A stretch of DNA of 64,000 nt from Felis catus (taxonomy: Eukaryota). Shown here piece after piece: positions 48,858 through 60,779 of the stretch (the stretch's first letter is position 1; the number at the start of each line of letters is the position of its first letter). The DNA lies in contig NC_058368.1 of assembly GCF_018350175.1 (NCBI RefSeq), positions 95,358,001 through 95,422,000 of the forward strand, written 5' to 3'. The translations under genes and the position numbers were made by a program. Under the pieces are notes generated by a model. The model ran no database searches and was not told the origin of the DNA. It worked only from the letters and a program-made list of their open reading frames with translations.

Positions 48858-49006
48858 TATTTTTTATTTATTTTTAATAGGCCGATGAATGAATGCAAAA
48901 CGCACTTTCCTCTTTTAACTATAAATTCTGTGTACCAAATGTACTCTGGAAACATCAAGCACCCCAACTTAGTAATCAGCTGACTGGCTTGACTTACATT
49001 TCTTTC

Positions 49007-49198
49007 TTTTTTTTTAAAAAAACATGTTTTTAACTTATTTTTGAGGGAGAGAGAGAGAAAGGGGCACAGAATCCAAAGCAGGCTTCAGGCTCCAAGCTGT
49101 CAGCACAGAACCCAATGCGGGGCTCGAACTAGTCAACTGTGAGATCATGACCTGAGCTGAAGTCAGATGTTTAACCGACTAAGCCACCCAGGCACCCC
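49007..49198 (-). mobile_element. CAN-SINE
   Basis: TSD ttacatttctt. Confidence 0.93.
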
Positions 49199-49308
49199 TT
49201 ACATTTCTTGACTTACATTTTTACCTTTATTAGCTTTCCTATGACTTACACCCACTAAATGATATTTTTCATACGCATTCAGGGTGAGACCGTTTTGCAG
49301 TTATTAAT

Positions 49309-49520
49309 CTGTGATTCTCAAATGTTAGCAGGTTCGAATAAAAACATTTCAACTTCAGATCAGATTCACCTGCAGGGCTTCTTAATACAAATGGGGAGGC
49401 CTCACTCCTCAGATTTTCTGATTTAGTAGGTCTGGAGTGGGACCTGATTGTACTCATTCCTAACAAGCTTCAGGTAATACTGATTCCTCCTCTGGGTCCA
49501 CATGCTTTAAAAACCACTGC
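49309..49520. mobile_element. MER5A hAT MITE
   Basis: gattctcaaa...atcagattcacctgcagggctt...ttctgatttagtaggtctggagtggg...ctttaaaaaccactg. Confidence 0.78.
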
Positions 49521-49832
49521 TCGAGGCTGTGGCTGGTTTGATTCTTCCCTGTTTGGGCCCTCGTTGCTGTTTCTCGTCAAAGCCAGCCTTCTCTAACCGC
49601 ACCCCCCCACTCCCCCCCGCCCACGGATTTGAAGATGTCTGCTCCCTCTTCTGTCTGGTGAAGCCATAGTCCTGTTTGAGCTGGTAAGTCGTTTTGGTCA
49701 AATGTTTTCGTCTAGAATTGTTCTCTCTGACCAAATTTATTTGGGAGAATTTCCAGTGATTTGCTCTACTGCAGCTCTGAAGGGTGATGCTTATGCTTCT
49801 TATTCATTATTCCATTATTCTTTTTGAAAAAA

Positions 49833-49943
49833 AATTATATATTATATATATTATTTCATATATAATATATATACTACACTATAGTATACATAATACACTT
49901 CCCTTGTTGTATTTTATACATATATAATATATATGTTATATAT

Positions 49944-49989
<46 letters not shown>
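49833..49989. repeat. AT-rich/(TA)n low-complexity tract
   Basis: Degenerate TA repeats ending in (TA)n-polyT. Confidence 0.85.
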
Positions 49990-50173
49990 CCCCTGCTTGG
50001 TTTTTGTTGGTTTTTCTTGTCTCACAGTGCCATTTCTGGTGGTGCCTGTCCTCTGGCTCACATAGGATATTCAAACAGTCTAACTGAAAGGGTGCATGGT
50101 GTCCCTTAGGAACAACCTATTTTCTCAGAAAGTGAAGTTGTGTTTTCTGTATCAAATGCGTAGCTAGTCTTTA

Positions 50174-50280
50174 ACACCTGCCGTTCTTTCGTTTATCCCC
50201 AAAGACTATTACATTACCAGCTCTGTTTTAAAGCTGGTAACATAACAGTCTTTGGGGATAAACGAAAGAAAGGCAAGTAT
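50174..50280. repeat. Inverted repeat/hairpin (palindromic MITE-like)
   Basis: Perfect 24-bp arms 50184-50207 and 50247-50270, extending inward to a 9-nt loop. Confidence 0.9.
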
Positions 50281-50714
50281 ACAGCTACGTTTTATTATTA
50301 TTTTTTTTCTGTGTTGGGACATCGTAGTTTTCATTCGTGATTTGAAACAACGTGTTTCCCTGTCGCTGTTGACCGGTGCCTGTATGACCCCATGTTACTC
50401 CCACACTAGAAATGCGGATATTTTGTGAGTCTTTGAGTAGTTATCTCAGAAAAACACGAGTCACCAGGAACCACAACCCTGTCTTTGGACTCAGTATGTC
50501 TGCCCACTCCCCTTGGTGATTCACAGTAAGACACAACAGGTGCTCATCTGCCCGGGGGCGGGAAAGTGGGGAACAGATTTGAGGCAACAGTTTCAAGTCT
50601 TGCAGGTAATTAACTCGGCCTGCTTGAGCTGGATGGGTACCAGATGTTTGTTCACCCATGCTGAGAAAAATACTCTGTCCCTTTCATCAGAGGGACTCAA
50701 AAGGCTTCCCAAAC

Positions 50715-50870
50715 ATTAATTAATGGTTATCATCCGTCCCATCATCCCCACTGCCAGAGGAGGAAACTGAGCTGTAAGGGCCAGCAAAGTCATTTGCCTG
50801 CTGCCCCGAGGCTGGGTGCCGTCAAGGGTAGAACAGGACGCTCCTTTTGGTTGCTTGACCTTGGGTTCCT
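50715..50870 (-). mobile_element. MIR fragment
   Basis: atcatccccactgccagaggaggaaactgagc...gtcatttgcc. Confidence 0.55.
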
Positions 50871-52042
50871 GCTTCTTCCTGTTGATGAAACAACTACCAC
50901 CACATCTTAAACTTGGACAATAGAAGGCCAGGTCTCCCCTCAACCTCATTTATTCAAAACCCAACAGGCGTAAGAGTGTGTGAGTAAGCACATGTGTATG
51001 CTTCTGAACATGTATCTAACCTTGAGCTAGAATGATTTCCTGTTGACACAGAAATCTAGAAGAGTTGATTTATTGGACTTGGCTCTGTGGAGAGAGTCAC
51101 TGACCAATGAATGACCCAAAGTGGGAAGGAAGAGTTGCGTCTTTCCATGGGTCGAGTGATCGGACAGCTGGGAACAGAGGCTGACCCCAGCCCTCAGGGA
51201 GGGGCGGCACCTTTCCACAGCACAAGTTGCTTTTCTTCCCCCACGTGGGAAGGACAACAGCCTACCCCAACTTTGTACCAAGTGTTCACCAAGTTTAGCA
51301 GCTGGCATTCTCAAACAGCTCTGTGTATGCAGGTGCCTGGCCCAGGTTGCTTGTCCCCACCTGAGAGACAGCAACTTGCTGGCCCTTCTGCTTGTAGTTC
51401 CCGCCTGTACCCTGTGACATTTGGAGTACTTAGCCAGGCCCTGGGCACGACAGGTCCATCTGAGGCAGTGGATCCTGGATTCTGGGTCAGGTCCTCAGTC
51501 CAGGCATCTATCAGGAGTGGGAATATTCTGGCTCACTTTGGTTGAGAACTTTTGGAAGATGACAAAGGAATTCTTAAGAAGGTCCAAACTCTACAGTGTA
51601 CATTTTATAGGGCATCGACATAGGCCTAGTATGCACCAAAGTCCTACTTCATGTATACATAGATAAAATCCACTCACATTGAGTGGTGGATATTGATTAA
51701 CCTCTGGTCGTCATAGGGTTTTCAGAAACGTCTAGCTAAGGTGGCAAGGGACAGAGTTGCTGTTTTCCTGTAATCTATAGCTCCTTCCTCACTGCTTCTC
51801 TGTTAGGTTCTTATAGGATAGTGTTTACTGGAATTATCTAGACCTGTTGGTTGGGAAAGAAAGAAATTGTAGCTTCCTGGCCCATCCTGAGAGATGGAGA
51901 TTCAGTAGGTCAACGATGAGGTCCACCTGGCCGTGGTTTTTTTAATAAACCTGCCTGGATCATTTGAATGCATGGGATCTGTGGACCACACTTGGAGAAA
52001 AATTATTTGCTGTGATTTTTGTAATTGAAAATATCCCAAGTT

Positions 52043-52252
52043 GGGGTGCCTGGGTGGCTCAGTCGGTGAAGCGTCCGACTTCAGCTCAGGTCATGATCTC
52101 ACAGTCTGAGTTCGAGCCCCGTGTTGGGCTTTGTGCTGACAGCTCAGAGCCTGGAGCCTGCTTCAGATTCTGTGTCTCCCTCTCTCTCTGCCTCTCCCCT
52201 GCTCACATTCTGTCTCTGTCTCAAAAATAAATAAATAAACATGAAAAAAAAA
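52043..52252 (+). mobile_element. SINEC_Fc
   Basis: TSD aaaat(a/g)tcccaagtt. Confidence 0.95.
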
Positions 52253-52934
52253 TGTCCCAAGTTGATTTTGAGTACAGGTGGGGCTAAGGCTCGACTTCAT
52301 AAAATACTGGTACATGAACCCTAGAAATAGCTTTTGCTTCTTCCTGGCTCTCAAAACTTCTCATCTTACCTGAATGTCCTGTGCTACTTAGGAGTTCTTG
52401 ATCCTCCTGTGTTTTCTGTGGTACACAAGGGTAAAGACTGTGGATTCTGCAGGAAGCATAACTTGGAGATAGGCAGCTCTCTTTTTCATAAGGACCCCTC
52501 TTAGGCTTGGTCATGTAGAGTGCCATTAAGTACTCCATACATGTTAACTAATGAGTTTTTACTGTTGAGGTAGAATAACATGGTTGTATGTGGCCCAGTT
52601 CTTAATAAACTGTATTACCTATCAGCCAAAAAATGTCTTCTGTGTGTATTATACTTTATATTACATAGAATAAAAAAAAAATCAAAGGACAGTCTACAGT
52701 AAGTTCCATTTCTGATAGAATGGTTACGTTCTGAATTACCCAGTTCCCATTTCCTGTTAGTACCAGCCATTATCCCTATGTAATGACATAGTAACCAATG
52801 CTTCTACCTGGAGCTGTGCCAGTTCTCTAAACCGAAGGATCTATCCATTAGTTCGCTGCCATTTTACAAGGCTAAAGAGTGAGAAAGAAGACGGGGTTCT
52901 TGACCATAGTAAGCAGAATGGATGGTTTCTGAAC

Positions 52935-53712
52935 TGCATTGGTCCATTCAGGCTCCCATAGCAAGTACTATACACTGGGTGGCTTTAGCAGCGGGTACCG
53001 ATTTCTCCCCGTTCTAGAGGCTGGCAAGTCCAAGATGAAGATTGTGGCCGCTTCAGTCAGTAGTGATGACTCTCTTCCTGGCTGTTCCTTCTTAAAAAAG
53101 GCACAAGTCTCTTGGGACTATTCTCATGACTTAATTACCTCCTGAGGGCCTATCACTTAATACCATCAAATTGGGTGTGTTGTTGGAAAAGAATTATTTT
53201 TCTTCAATTTTAAAGATAAAGGGAAAGAGTTTTACAAGAGCCAAATTGAGAATGCTACCTGGGATACACCATCTTGACAAAGAAGATGGTGCTCCAGGGA
53301 AGGTAAAGGGTTAGAGATGTTTTCTTTGTTTTCCATGAAGAGTTACAAAGCTGCATGATGAAGGACCTTCCAGAAAGTTAGACTTGATCTTAGAATTTTA
53401 GTATGTGCAAGGCCACAGGACTTCAGTCTTAAGGGTCCCAGGGAACTTTCTTTTTCTTACCTTGTGTTCAGAATGCTCCTATTTGGTTATTTTCTTGAGT
53501 GAAGCAGTTGCACAGTGTAGCTCAGGGCAGAAATAGAGCCCATGCTTGGAGGTTTGGCTGGTCATTTTTGGCCTTGGTAAATGTTATAAAGCAGCTTTTC
53601 TGGGAGCCCAGGAGCAGGGCCCTCAAACATTAAATGGTGAAAATGCCCTTAATCAGAAAATCCTTTGTCAGAATTTTGGGGGCAGGGGTGGAATATAATT
53701 CAGTCCATAGCA
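52935..53712. mobile_element. MLT1A-like MaLR LTR split by an ERV LTR
   Basis: gttctagaggctggcaagtccaagat...ctcatgacttaattacctc...taccatca|gaattttggggg...attcagtccatagca. Confidence 0.78.
53178..53670. mobile_element. Solo LTR (ERV1-like) inserted in MLT1A
   Basis: TG...CA ends; homologous to 57980-58535. Confidence 0.65.
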
Positions 53713-53739
53713 GCAGCTAATAATGGGCCTCCTTGGTAT

Positions 53740-53940
53740 CACTTAGAGGCCAAGCCAGGCCCCCACCTGTTATTATAAATAAAGTTTTATCAAAACAACA
53801 GCTCATGCTCCTTTGTGTACGTAACCTCTAGAATGGCTTTTATGCTACAGAGTCAGAGTAGTTAACATGAAGGCTGTGTGGTCCACGAAGCCTGAAATAA
53901 ATCCCCTGTGGCCTTGGACAGATGTGTGCCTACACTGGCC
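53740..53940 (+). mobile_element. MER58A-like MITE
   Basis: ccacctgttattataaataaagttttatc...gtccacgaagcctgaaata. Confidence 0.7.
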
Positions 53941-54122
53941 CTAAACTATAAGATGGGCCATTTCTGAGGACATAGACCACATGGAAAAAAAACAGCAAGT
54001 GCAGAAATTTTTGCCTGTGGATATTATATTTCTTGTGAGCCTTTTTGAGAGGATTAGGATACGTCATTGGCTGGGACTTGGCTGTATTCCCTTGTGTATA
54101 AGTATGAAGTATGGAGGAGAAG

Positions 54123-54298
54123 TTTTTTTGTTTTATTTATTTTGAGAGTGTTTGTGAGCACTAGCATGAGTGGGAGAGGGACAGAGAGAGGGAGTACTCA
54201 TGAGAGGGAGTACTCATGAGAGGGAGTACTCAGGAACTTTGAGATCGTGACCTGAGCTGAAGTCAGTTGCTTAACCTGCTGAGTCACCTACGAGACCC
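54123..54298 (-). mobile_element. CAN-SINE with internal deletion and 16-bp triplication
   Basis: (gagagggagtactcat)x3 replaces the SINE middle. Confidence 0.85.
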
Positions 54299-55732
54299 TG
54301 GGGGAGCTATATTTCAAGTACATATGCAGTAGGTTAGAAAAACTGACCATGGTAAATATCTTGAAAAAAGTCATACATTCCAGGGTTTTCTAAACTGTAT
54401 ACTGAAAAAATGATGTAACATTGAGATACCTCTGTCTTTTGCAAAGAAAAATTTGGTAAATGATGGGACAAAGGTAAGTTCCTGTAATTGAATGGAATCT
54501 TTGAGAGACTGGATATGTTCCATCTCTGAAAAACAAATACATAGACCATGGAGTGTTTTCTAAACATAATTAACCAAAGTCGTTTTTGAATAAGAGTGAT
54601 GGTGTGCAGAGCATGGGCGTGGAAATGCTGGCCTAAATCATTTCCTTGATTTCCTCGCCTCCCCCCTACAGTATTGTAGGAAATACTAAGTAATCATGAT
54701 TTGTCTGGCATTTGGGTCAGGAAATGGTATCTCTTTGGTTACAACTCGGCTCACCTAGTTGAAACACGATTAATTTGTGGCTTCAAAGTCTATATTCACA
54801 TCATTCCAGTGATGAGAACTGTTCATTCTAATTGTTCTAAACACTGTTGTTAAAACAGCCGCTAAAGACTGCCTCCAGAGGTTGCTCAATTATTTAAGAT
54901 ACTGATGCAGAAAAGCAATGCATCCTGAGGAAGACACGCCATTAATTAACATGTCTTGTGGCTTACCCTGTCCCTCTTCCCATTGTATCCCGTTGTCAAA
55001 GTTGGTTAGTTCATGAATAACCAAGGAAGAACTTGGTGCTGTTGGCAGCTGTGGGGTTTGTGATCTTGTTTAACATAAAATCGAAAAAAAATATTAGGTT
55101 ACTGCGTGCAAGGCCCTCCCTTTTGGGTTTCACCTCCCATTGGGTGCTGGGGTGGAGTTGGTTGTACGATGGATATGTGGAGCCGAAGCTTAACCCCCCA
55201 GGCAGTGTATCTGACTTTGTTAGGAGCTTTGTTGCAATTTACCAGTAAGATGAATTCCTAATAAATAAGCTCGGGCAAGGTGCTTGAACTGTGTGGGCTT
55301 TTTTGTTTGTTTTGATGACTATGGGGGCTTCTGTTATTGATGGCTTACTTTTTTTTCCGTAGACACAAATCACTTACTACGCTTGGAACTGCAATTGTAC
55401 TGCCCAGACTGATCAATCTCAAACCGCTGATTCTTTCAGTGGTTCTGGGATAAACTCGTGACCCCCCTGCTCTGAGCCAACAGCTCGCCATTCAGATTTG
55501 ATGGATTCTGGAGACATTTATGAGATGTAAAATTAATACTGTCTCTGATAATTGAATACATTGAGAAAATGTTACCTGGGCATTTAAACGGCTTTCTCCA
55601 AGCTACTTCAGATGGCGATCTGGAAGCTGAACCACCTGGAGCCATAAACAAGCAGGTGTGGAATAGGCAGGCTGAGTCCTCTGGTGCAGGACAGACAGTA
55701 TTGGATGAACTTGGGAAATACAATCGAGAAAT

Positions 55733-55754
55733 TGTGTGTGTGTGTGTGTGTGTG
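55733..55754. repeat. (TG)n microsatellite
   Basis: GT run. Confidence 0.9.
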
Positions 55755-56102
55755 TTTTTTTTTCCTCAGGCACCCGAACAGCTTCCACGCTGTTCCTGCA
55801 AGGGAGTTGTGCTTTGGAAAGCAGAGTTGTAATTTGTATTGACTGTCTGTGATGTATCTGTATGTGACAGGCAGCAGATGCCTATATGGATCAAGACAAA
55901 GGTGACCAAAGGCACTGGCTGTTTTTCCCCCACCCCTGCTCTCTGCCCTCCTTGTGAGGAAATCCTAGACTCTTGAAGGAGTCTGATGGTTTCCTCATTG
56001 CAATTCACACAGTTGCGGACAGCCAAGTGCTTCTGCTCTAAGAAATAACCTCACCACACCTCACCAGTGCTTTTCTCTACACCCCCAGACTTTGAATTTT
56101 TC

Positions 56103-56277
56103 TAGTGGTACGTTGGAGCTTGCTTGTCCTGACGAGAACCACTCTTGAGGACCTCTTTTCTGTATTTAGTGCTCCGGGATCTTAAGTGACTTGTAACCAA
56201 CCAGTGAGGGGGTATTGACAAATCAGAACTCTCCCGGGAAAAGGACTGGTTGTTAAATACTTAATAGCACACCGCTG
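56103..56277. mobile_element. MER63-like hAT MITE
   Basis: Ends tagtggtacgttggagc... and ...ggttgttaaatacttaatagcacaccgctg. Confidence 0.55.
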
Positions 56278-56484
56278 GATCTTTTCAGACTAACCTGATC
56301 TCCCAGGAGTTACCTGTGACATTACAGAACTTCCGTTTCTGTGCAAATCAGACTCCATTATTCTGCTTGTTTAGACTTGATAGCTGTGGTTGATGCACCA
56401 TTTAATCTGTATGTGAACGTATACTAGGTCAGTGTGCTGGGTTCCAGGGATAAAATACAACGATGAGATAAAATGAACAAAACT

Positions 56485-57700
56485 TGTATCATTCCTTTTT
56501 ATGCTTGTATAATATTTCACTGAATATTACTTAACGATTCATGAATTATGGACATATAGGCCCTTTCCAATATCTGGCTATTAGAAATACTGCTGCGATT
56601 AACATTCATGTACACCTTTTTGTATCAAAACAAGTTAATACTTTTGGGTACATACATGGGAATAGAATGGCTGGGTATTAGGGTAATTTAATGCTAAATA
56701 TTTTAGAAAAATGCAAGCTATTTTCTACCGTGTCTACATTTCGTATGCCTTTCTGCTTGAATTAAATTTTTTTTAAGCTATTAGTTATTTGAGAGATAGA
56801 AAGAGACAGACAGAACAAGCCAAGGAGGGGCAGAGAGAGAGGGAGACACAGAATCTGAAGCAGTCTCCCAGCTCTGAGCTGTCACCATAGAGCCTGATGT
56901 GGGGCTCGAACTTCTGAACTGTGAGATCATGACCTGAGCCGAAGTCGGATGCCCAGCTGACTGAGTAACCCAGGTGCCCCTACATTTCTGCTTGAAATCA
57001 GTTAAGGTTACAGTTTTAGTATATCTTTGTCAACATGCTTTATTTTTCCAACTTAAAAAACACCGCCATTCTAGTGGGTATAAAGTGGTATTGTGGTTTT
57101 GATGTTTATCTCCCTAATGCTTAATGATCTTTTTTTTTTTTATGTGCCTATTGGCTACTAGTACATCTTCTTGGGAGAAAGGTCTGTTCAAATCCTTTGC
57201 CCATTTTTAGATAGATTTTGTCTATTGGTTTTAAGGGTTTTTAAAATACATTTTGGATCTCAGAGTTAACAAATAGACGACTTACAAATACTTAGTACCA
57301 CGATAGAGGTTGTTTTTTCAGTTTCTTGATAATGTCTTTGGTACAAAAGGTAACATTTCATGTCCCATTTCTGTTTTTTATTCATCTATTGCTTTTGCTT
57401 TGGGGGTCCTGTTTCCAAAACCATTGTCTAATTGAAGTTTGAAGATTGACCCTGGAGTTTCCTTTTAAGACTGTCCAGTTGTAGCTGTCCAGTGAAGGTA
57501 TTTGATCGTTTTCAGTTACTTTTGTTATCTGGTGTAAGTTAAGGGTCCAGCTTCATTCTTGGGCATGTGGCTTTCAAGTTGTCCCAGTATCCTTTAGTGC
57601 AAAGACTATACTCAGAATTCCTTGAATTTCTCTCTGCATGTTATGATCAAATGGTCCATCTTGGCAAAGAAGGCAATTGGGGTATTGATAGGGTTTATGT
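56485..57700 (-). mobile_element. Old L1 (L1MB-like) fragment
   Basis: ggaatagaatggctggg, ccattctagtgggtataaagtggtat, ggagaaaggtctgttcaaatcctttgcccatttt. Confidence 0.85.
56767..56980 (-). mobile_element. CAN-SINE
   Basis: TSD tttctgcttgaa. Confidence 0.94.
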
Positions 57701-57765
57701 TCAATCTCCATGGATTTGGGAAGTCATTCAATCCGTGAACAGTCAATGCAGAATGAACAATACTT

Positions 57766-57979
57766 GGGGGCACCTGGGTGGCTCAGTCGGTGAAATGTCT
57801 GACTTGGGCTCAGGTCATGATTTCACAGCTTGTGGGTTTGAGCCCCGTGTCGGGCTTTGTGTGACAGCTCAGAGCCTGGAGCCTGCCAGGTACAGCCTGT
57901 CTCTCTGTACCTCCCTTGCTCATGCTCTGTGTGTCTCTTTCTCTCTCAAAAATAAACATTGCAAAAAACTTACAAAAAA
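57766..57979 (+). mobile_element. CAN-SINE
   Basis: TSD-like aatgaaca. Confidence 0.92.
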
Positions 57980-58535
57980 TGAACAGAATTTTTAGCATTT
58001 TCATTATATGAAGTTTTATCTGAACCAAGTTAGGACAGCTGCTTGGGATGCACAATCTTCAAAAAAGAAGAGCGTGCTCTTGGAAAGGAACATTTAGTAT
58101 AGGGTTTGAAATGACTTTTCTATTAGGAGTTAACAATCAGGGTGCCGGGGTGGCTCAGTAAGTTAATCATCGGACTGCGTTTCAGGTTGGAGAGACAAAT
58201 GTTAAAAAAAAAAATTAAAACATCCTTTAAAAAAATCATGATGGAAGACATTCCAGAAAGTTGAAGACTTTATGTGTGCTTTTAGTGTGTGCAAGGTTGC
58301 GGGCTGCAATGATAGGGGAACTTAGGGAGATTATTACTTTTCATGTTTGAAATGTTTCTTTTAGGTTGTTTGTTAATGAAGCAGGTGTACGATGCGTGCT
58401 CAGGGCAGAAATCGAGCCCATGCTTTGAAGGTAGGCCAAGTCCTTCTGACCTTGGTAAAAAGTGGAAACGTTTAGCTTCCCAGAGAACCCAGGGATCGAG
58501 CCCACCATGTTCTAAGCTAAAGTTGTCTTTTATCA
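57980..58535. mobile_element. Solo LTR related to 53178-53670
   Basis: Shared gctcagggcagaaat.gagcccatgctt, ttccagaaagtt and ccttggtaaa in the same order. Confidence 0.6.
58140..58220 (+). mobile_element. Internally deleted SINE (head plus A tail)
   Basis: gggtgccggggtggctcagtaagttaa...caaatgttaaaaaaaa. Confidence 0.65.
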
Positions 58536-59603
58536 GGTCACAGGAGGTCTTTGCATTGTGTGGGGTTGGTTTGCTGATTTGTTTTGGGGCTTCAGTTTTT
58601 TGGAGGACTTTGAGTTGTCGGTATACAAGTCTTAGACTTCATTTGTCAAATTGATTATTAAATATTTCGATGTTTCATGCTAATTTAAGTGACAGTACTT
58701 GCTTAATACCAATTTTAGATTGTTGACTCCTCATGTCTAAGAAGTTTTTGTGTATTAAAATTCTGCCACTGTGCTGAACTTGTTTATTGGGTATTGGGTG
58801 TGCGTGTGCGAGTGTTGTGTTTTAGGGCTTTACAACTAGAACAGAGAGACATTTGCAAATAGGGGTAGTTTAACTGCTTTGTTTCTAATCTGGATGCCTC
58901 TTAAGCTTTCTCTTAATTGCCCTAATTTCACTGAAATAGTGAATAGAATTGGAAAAAGCTAACTTCCTTTCTTGTTCCTGATCTTTAGGGTGAAAATCTT
59001 CAAGTTTTCACCACAAAGAGGATGTTAGCTGTGAATTTTTCATTGATGAGCTTTAATGGGTTGAAAAAGTTGCCTTTTATGCCAGTTTGGTATTTGTATC
59101 ATGAAATGGCATTTGATTTTAGTAAAATTTTTTTTCACATCCATTAAGATTATCATGTGGATTTTTCCTTTGTTAATATGGTTTATTATATTATTATTAC
59201 TATTATTTTTTAACTTTGACCCTACCTTGTGTTTCTGGGGTAAATTCTACTTGATGATAATGTACAATCCTTTTACTGTGCTGTTGGATTTGAATAGCAT
59301 TTGGATTTTTTACATTAGTGTTTAGAAGTGATAATCTAGTTTTCTTTTGTGATATCTTACCTGGTTTTCTTACCAGGGTATTACTAAACACTTAAAATGA
59401 GTTCTAAAGTGTTCACGTGTTTGTTTGTTTGTTTATTTATTTATTTATTTTTATTTATTTATTTATTTATTTAATTTTATTTTTTTTACTTTGGAAGAGT
59501 TTGAGAAGCATTTTTTTGTGTTTTTTAAAAATTTTTCTTTCTTTTATTAATTTTTTACTTTGGAAGAGTTTGCGAAGCATTTTTGTTCATCTTCAAACAT
59601 TTT

Positions 59604-59814
59604 AAAGAATTAATTTAAGTTTGTTTATTTTGAAAGAGAGTGTATGTGCACAAGTGGGGGAGGGGCAGAGAGCAGGAGAGACAGAATCCCAAGCAGGCTC
59701 CCTGCCATCAGCACAGAACCTGATAAGGAGCTCGAACTCAAGAACTGTGAGATCGGGACCTGAGCAGAGATGGAGAGTCATATGCTTAACTGACTGTATC
59801 ACCCAGGTGTCCCC
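59604..59814 (-). mobile_element. CAN-SINE
   Basis: Flanked by caaacatttt. Confidence 0.92.
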
Positions 59815-59819
59815 AAACA

Positions 59820-60022
59820 TTTTTTTTTTAGTTTATTTATTTTTAAGAGCAAGAGAGAGTGTGTGAGGCAGGGGCAGAGAAAAAGGGAGAGAGAGAATCC
59901 CTGGCAGACCTTGGGCATTCAGTTTGGAGCCTAATGCAGGGCTTGATCCCAGGATTGTGAGATCATGACCTGAGCCAAAAAGAAGAGTCAGACACTTAAC
60001 AGACTGAGCCACCCAGGGCCCC
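59820..60022 (-). mobile_element. CAN-SINE
   Basis: Flanked by (tctt)caaacatttt. Confidence 0.92.
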
Positions 60023-60779
60023 TCTTCAAACATTTTGTAGAATTTACTAGTGAAGCCATCTGGTTCTGTTTTTTGTTGTTGTTGTTTGTTTGTTTTGTTT
60101 TGTTTTTGATTTCTGATCAAAATCTATTCATTGACTATAGATTGTATTCAGATTGTTTATTTCTGCTTGAGTCATAGTGCAAAAGATTAGTAGTAGTGGC
60201 CCTATTTCAATCCCCAGTTTTAATAATTAAACCCTTTTTCTTACCCTCTTGGTGCGTGTCTGTAACTAAAAACTTGTTTGGTTCAAAACATCTTAGACCA
60301 CTTTTTTTTTTCTTTAATTTGGGTCTCCATTTTACTTAAATCTGCAATAATATTTCTTGGAATTGATGCTAATTTCTTGATGTGGTGGGTTTACTTCTTA
60401 AAAATGACAGAGGGGCAGAGATTTTCCTTTTACTTGTAAGCTAACAAAGTATTCATCTAGTTTCATGGATGCTAGTTGAAGACCTAATACTCCTGTGTCC
60501 TAGATAAAGGATAATTTATTATGCACGGCGGTGGTCTTAGCCAGAATATCAGCCTTTTCTGGTGCACGTTCCCTACATTGCAATTCCCACAGGGTATCGT
60601 GAACAGGGGACATCTACTCGCACAAGGGGTTGTAAGCATGCGGGCTCTTTGCTCCAGAGGGAGACACTGTTATCTTCAATTGCAAACATTTTAAAGAAGA
60701 CTGTGTGGGGCCAAAGTGCAGTTAGTGCCTCACGTGTACATGGAAAGTCAGTAGGGTACATGGAAATGATGCCATGTGT

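Larger units (their letters stand above)
58600..60250 (-). mobile_element. Old L1 ORF2 fragment interrupted by SINEs
   Basis: cttgttcctgatctttaggg, gatgttagctgtga, ttgtagaatttactagtgaagccatctgg. Confidence 0.8.

Noticed and set aside
51670..51686. 7-bp stem hairpin ccactca-cat-tgagtgg
   Set aside because: Short enough to be expected by chance in 64 kb.
53178..58535. Possible provirus bounded by two LTRs
   Set aside because: The interior is MLT1A remainder, MER58, unique DNA and L1 with no gag/pol, and the first LTR is separately nested in MLT1A.
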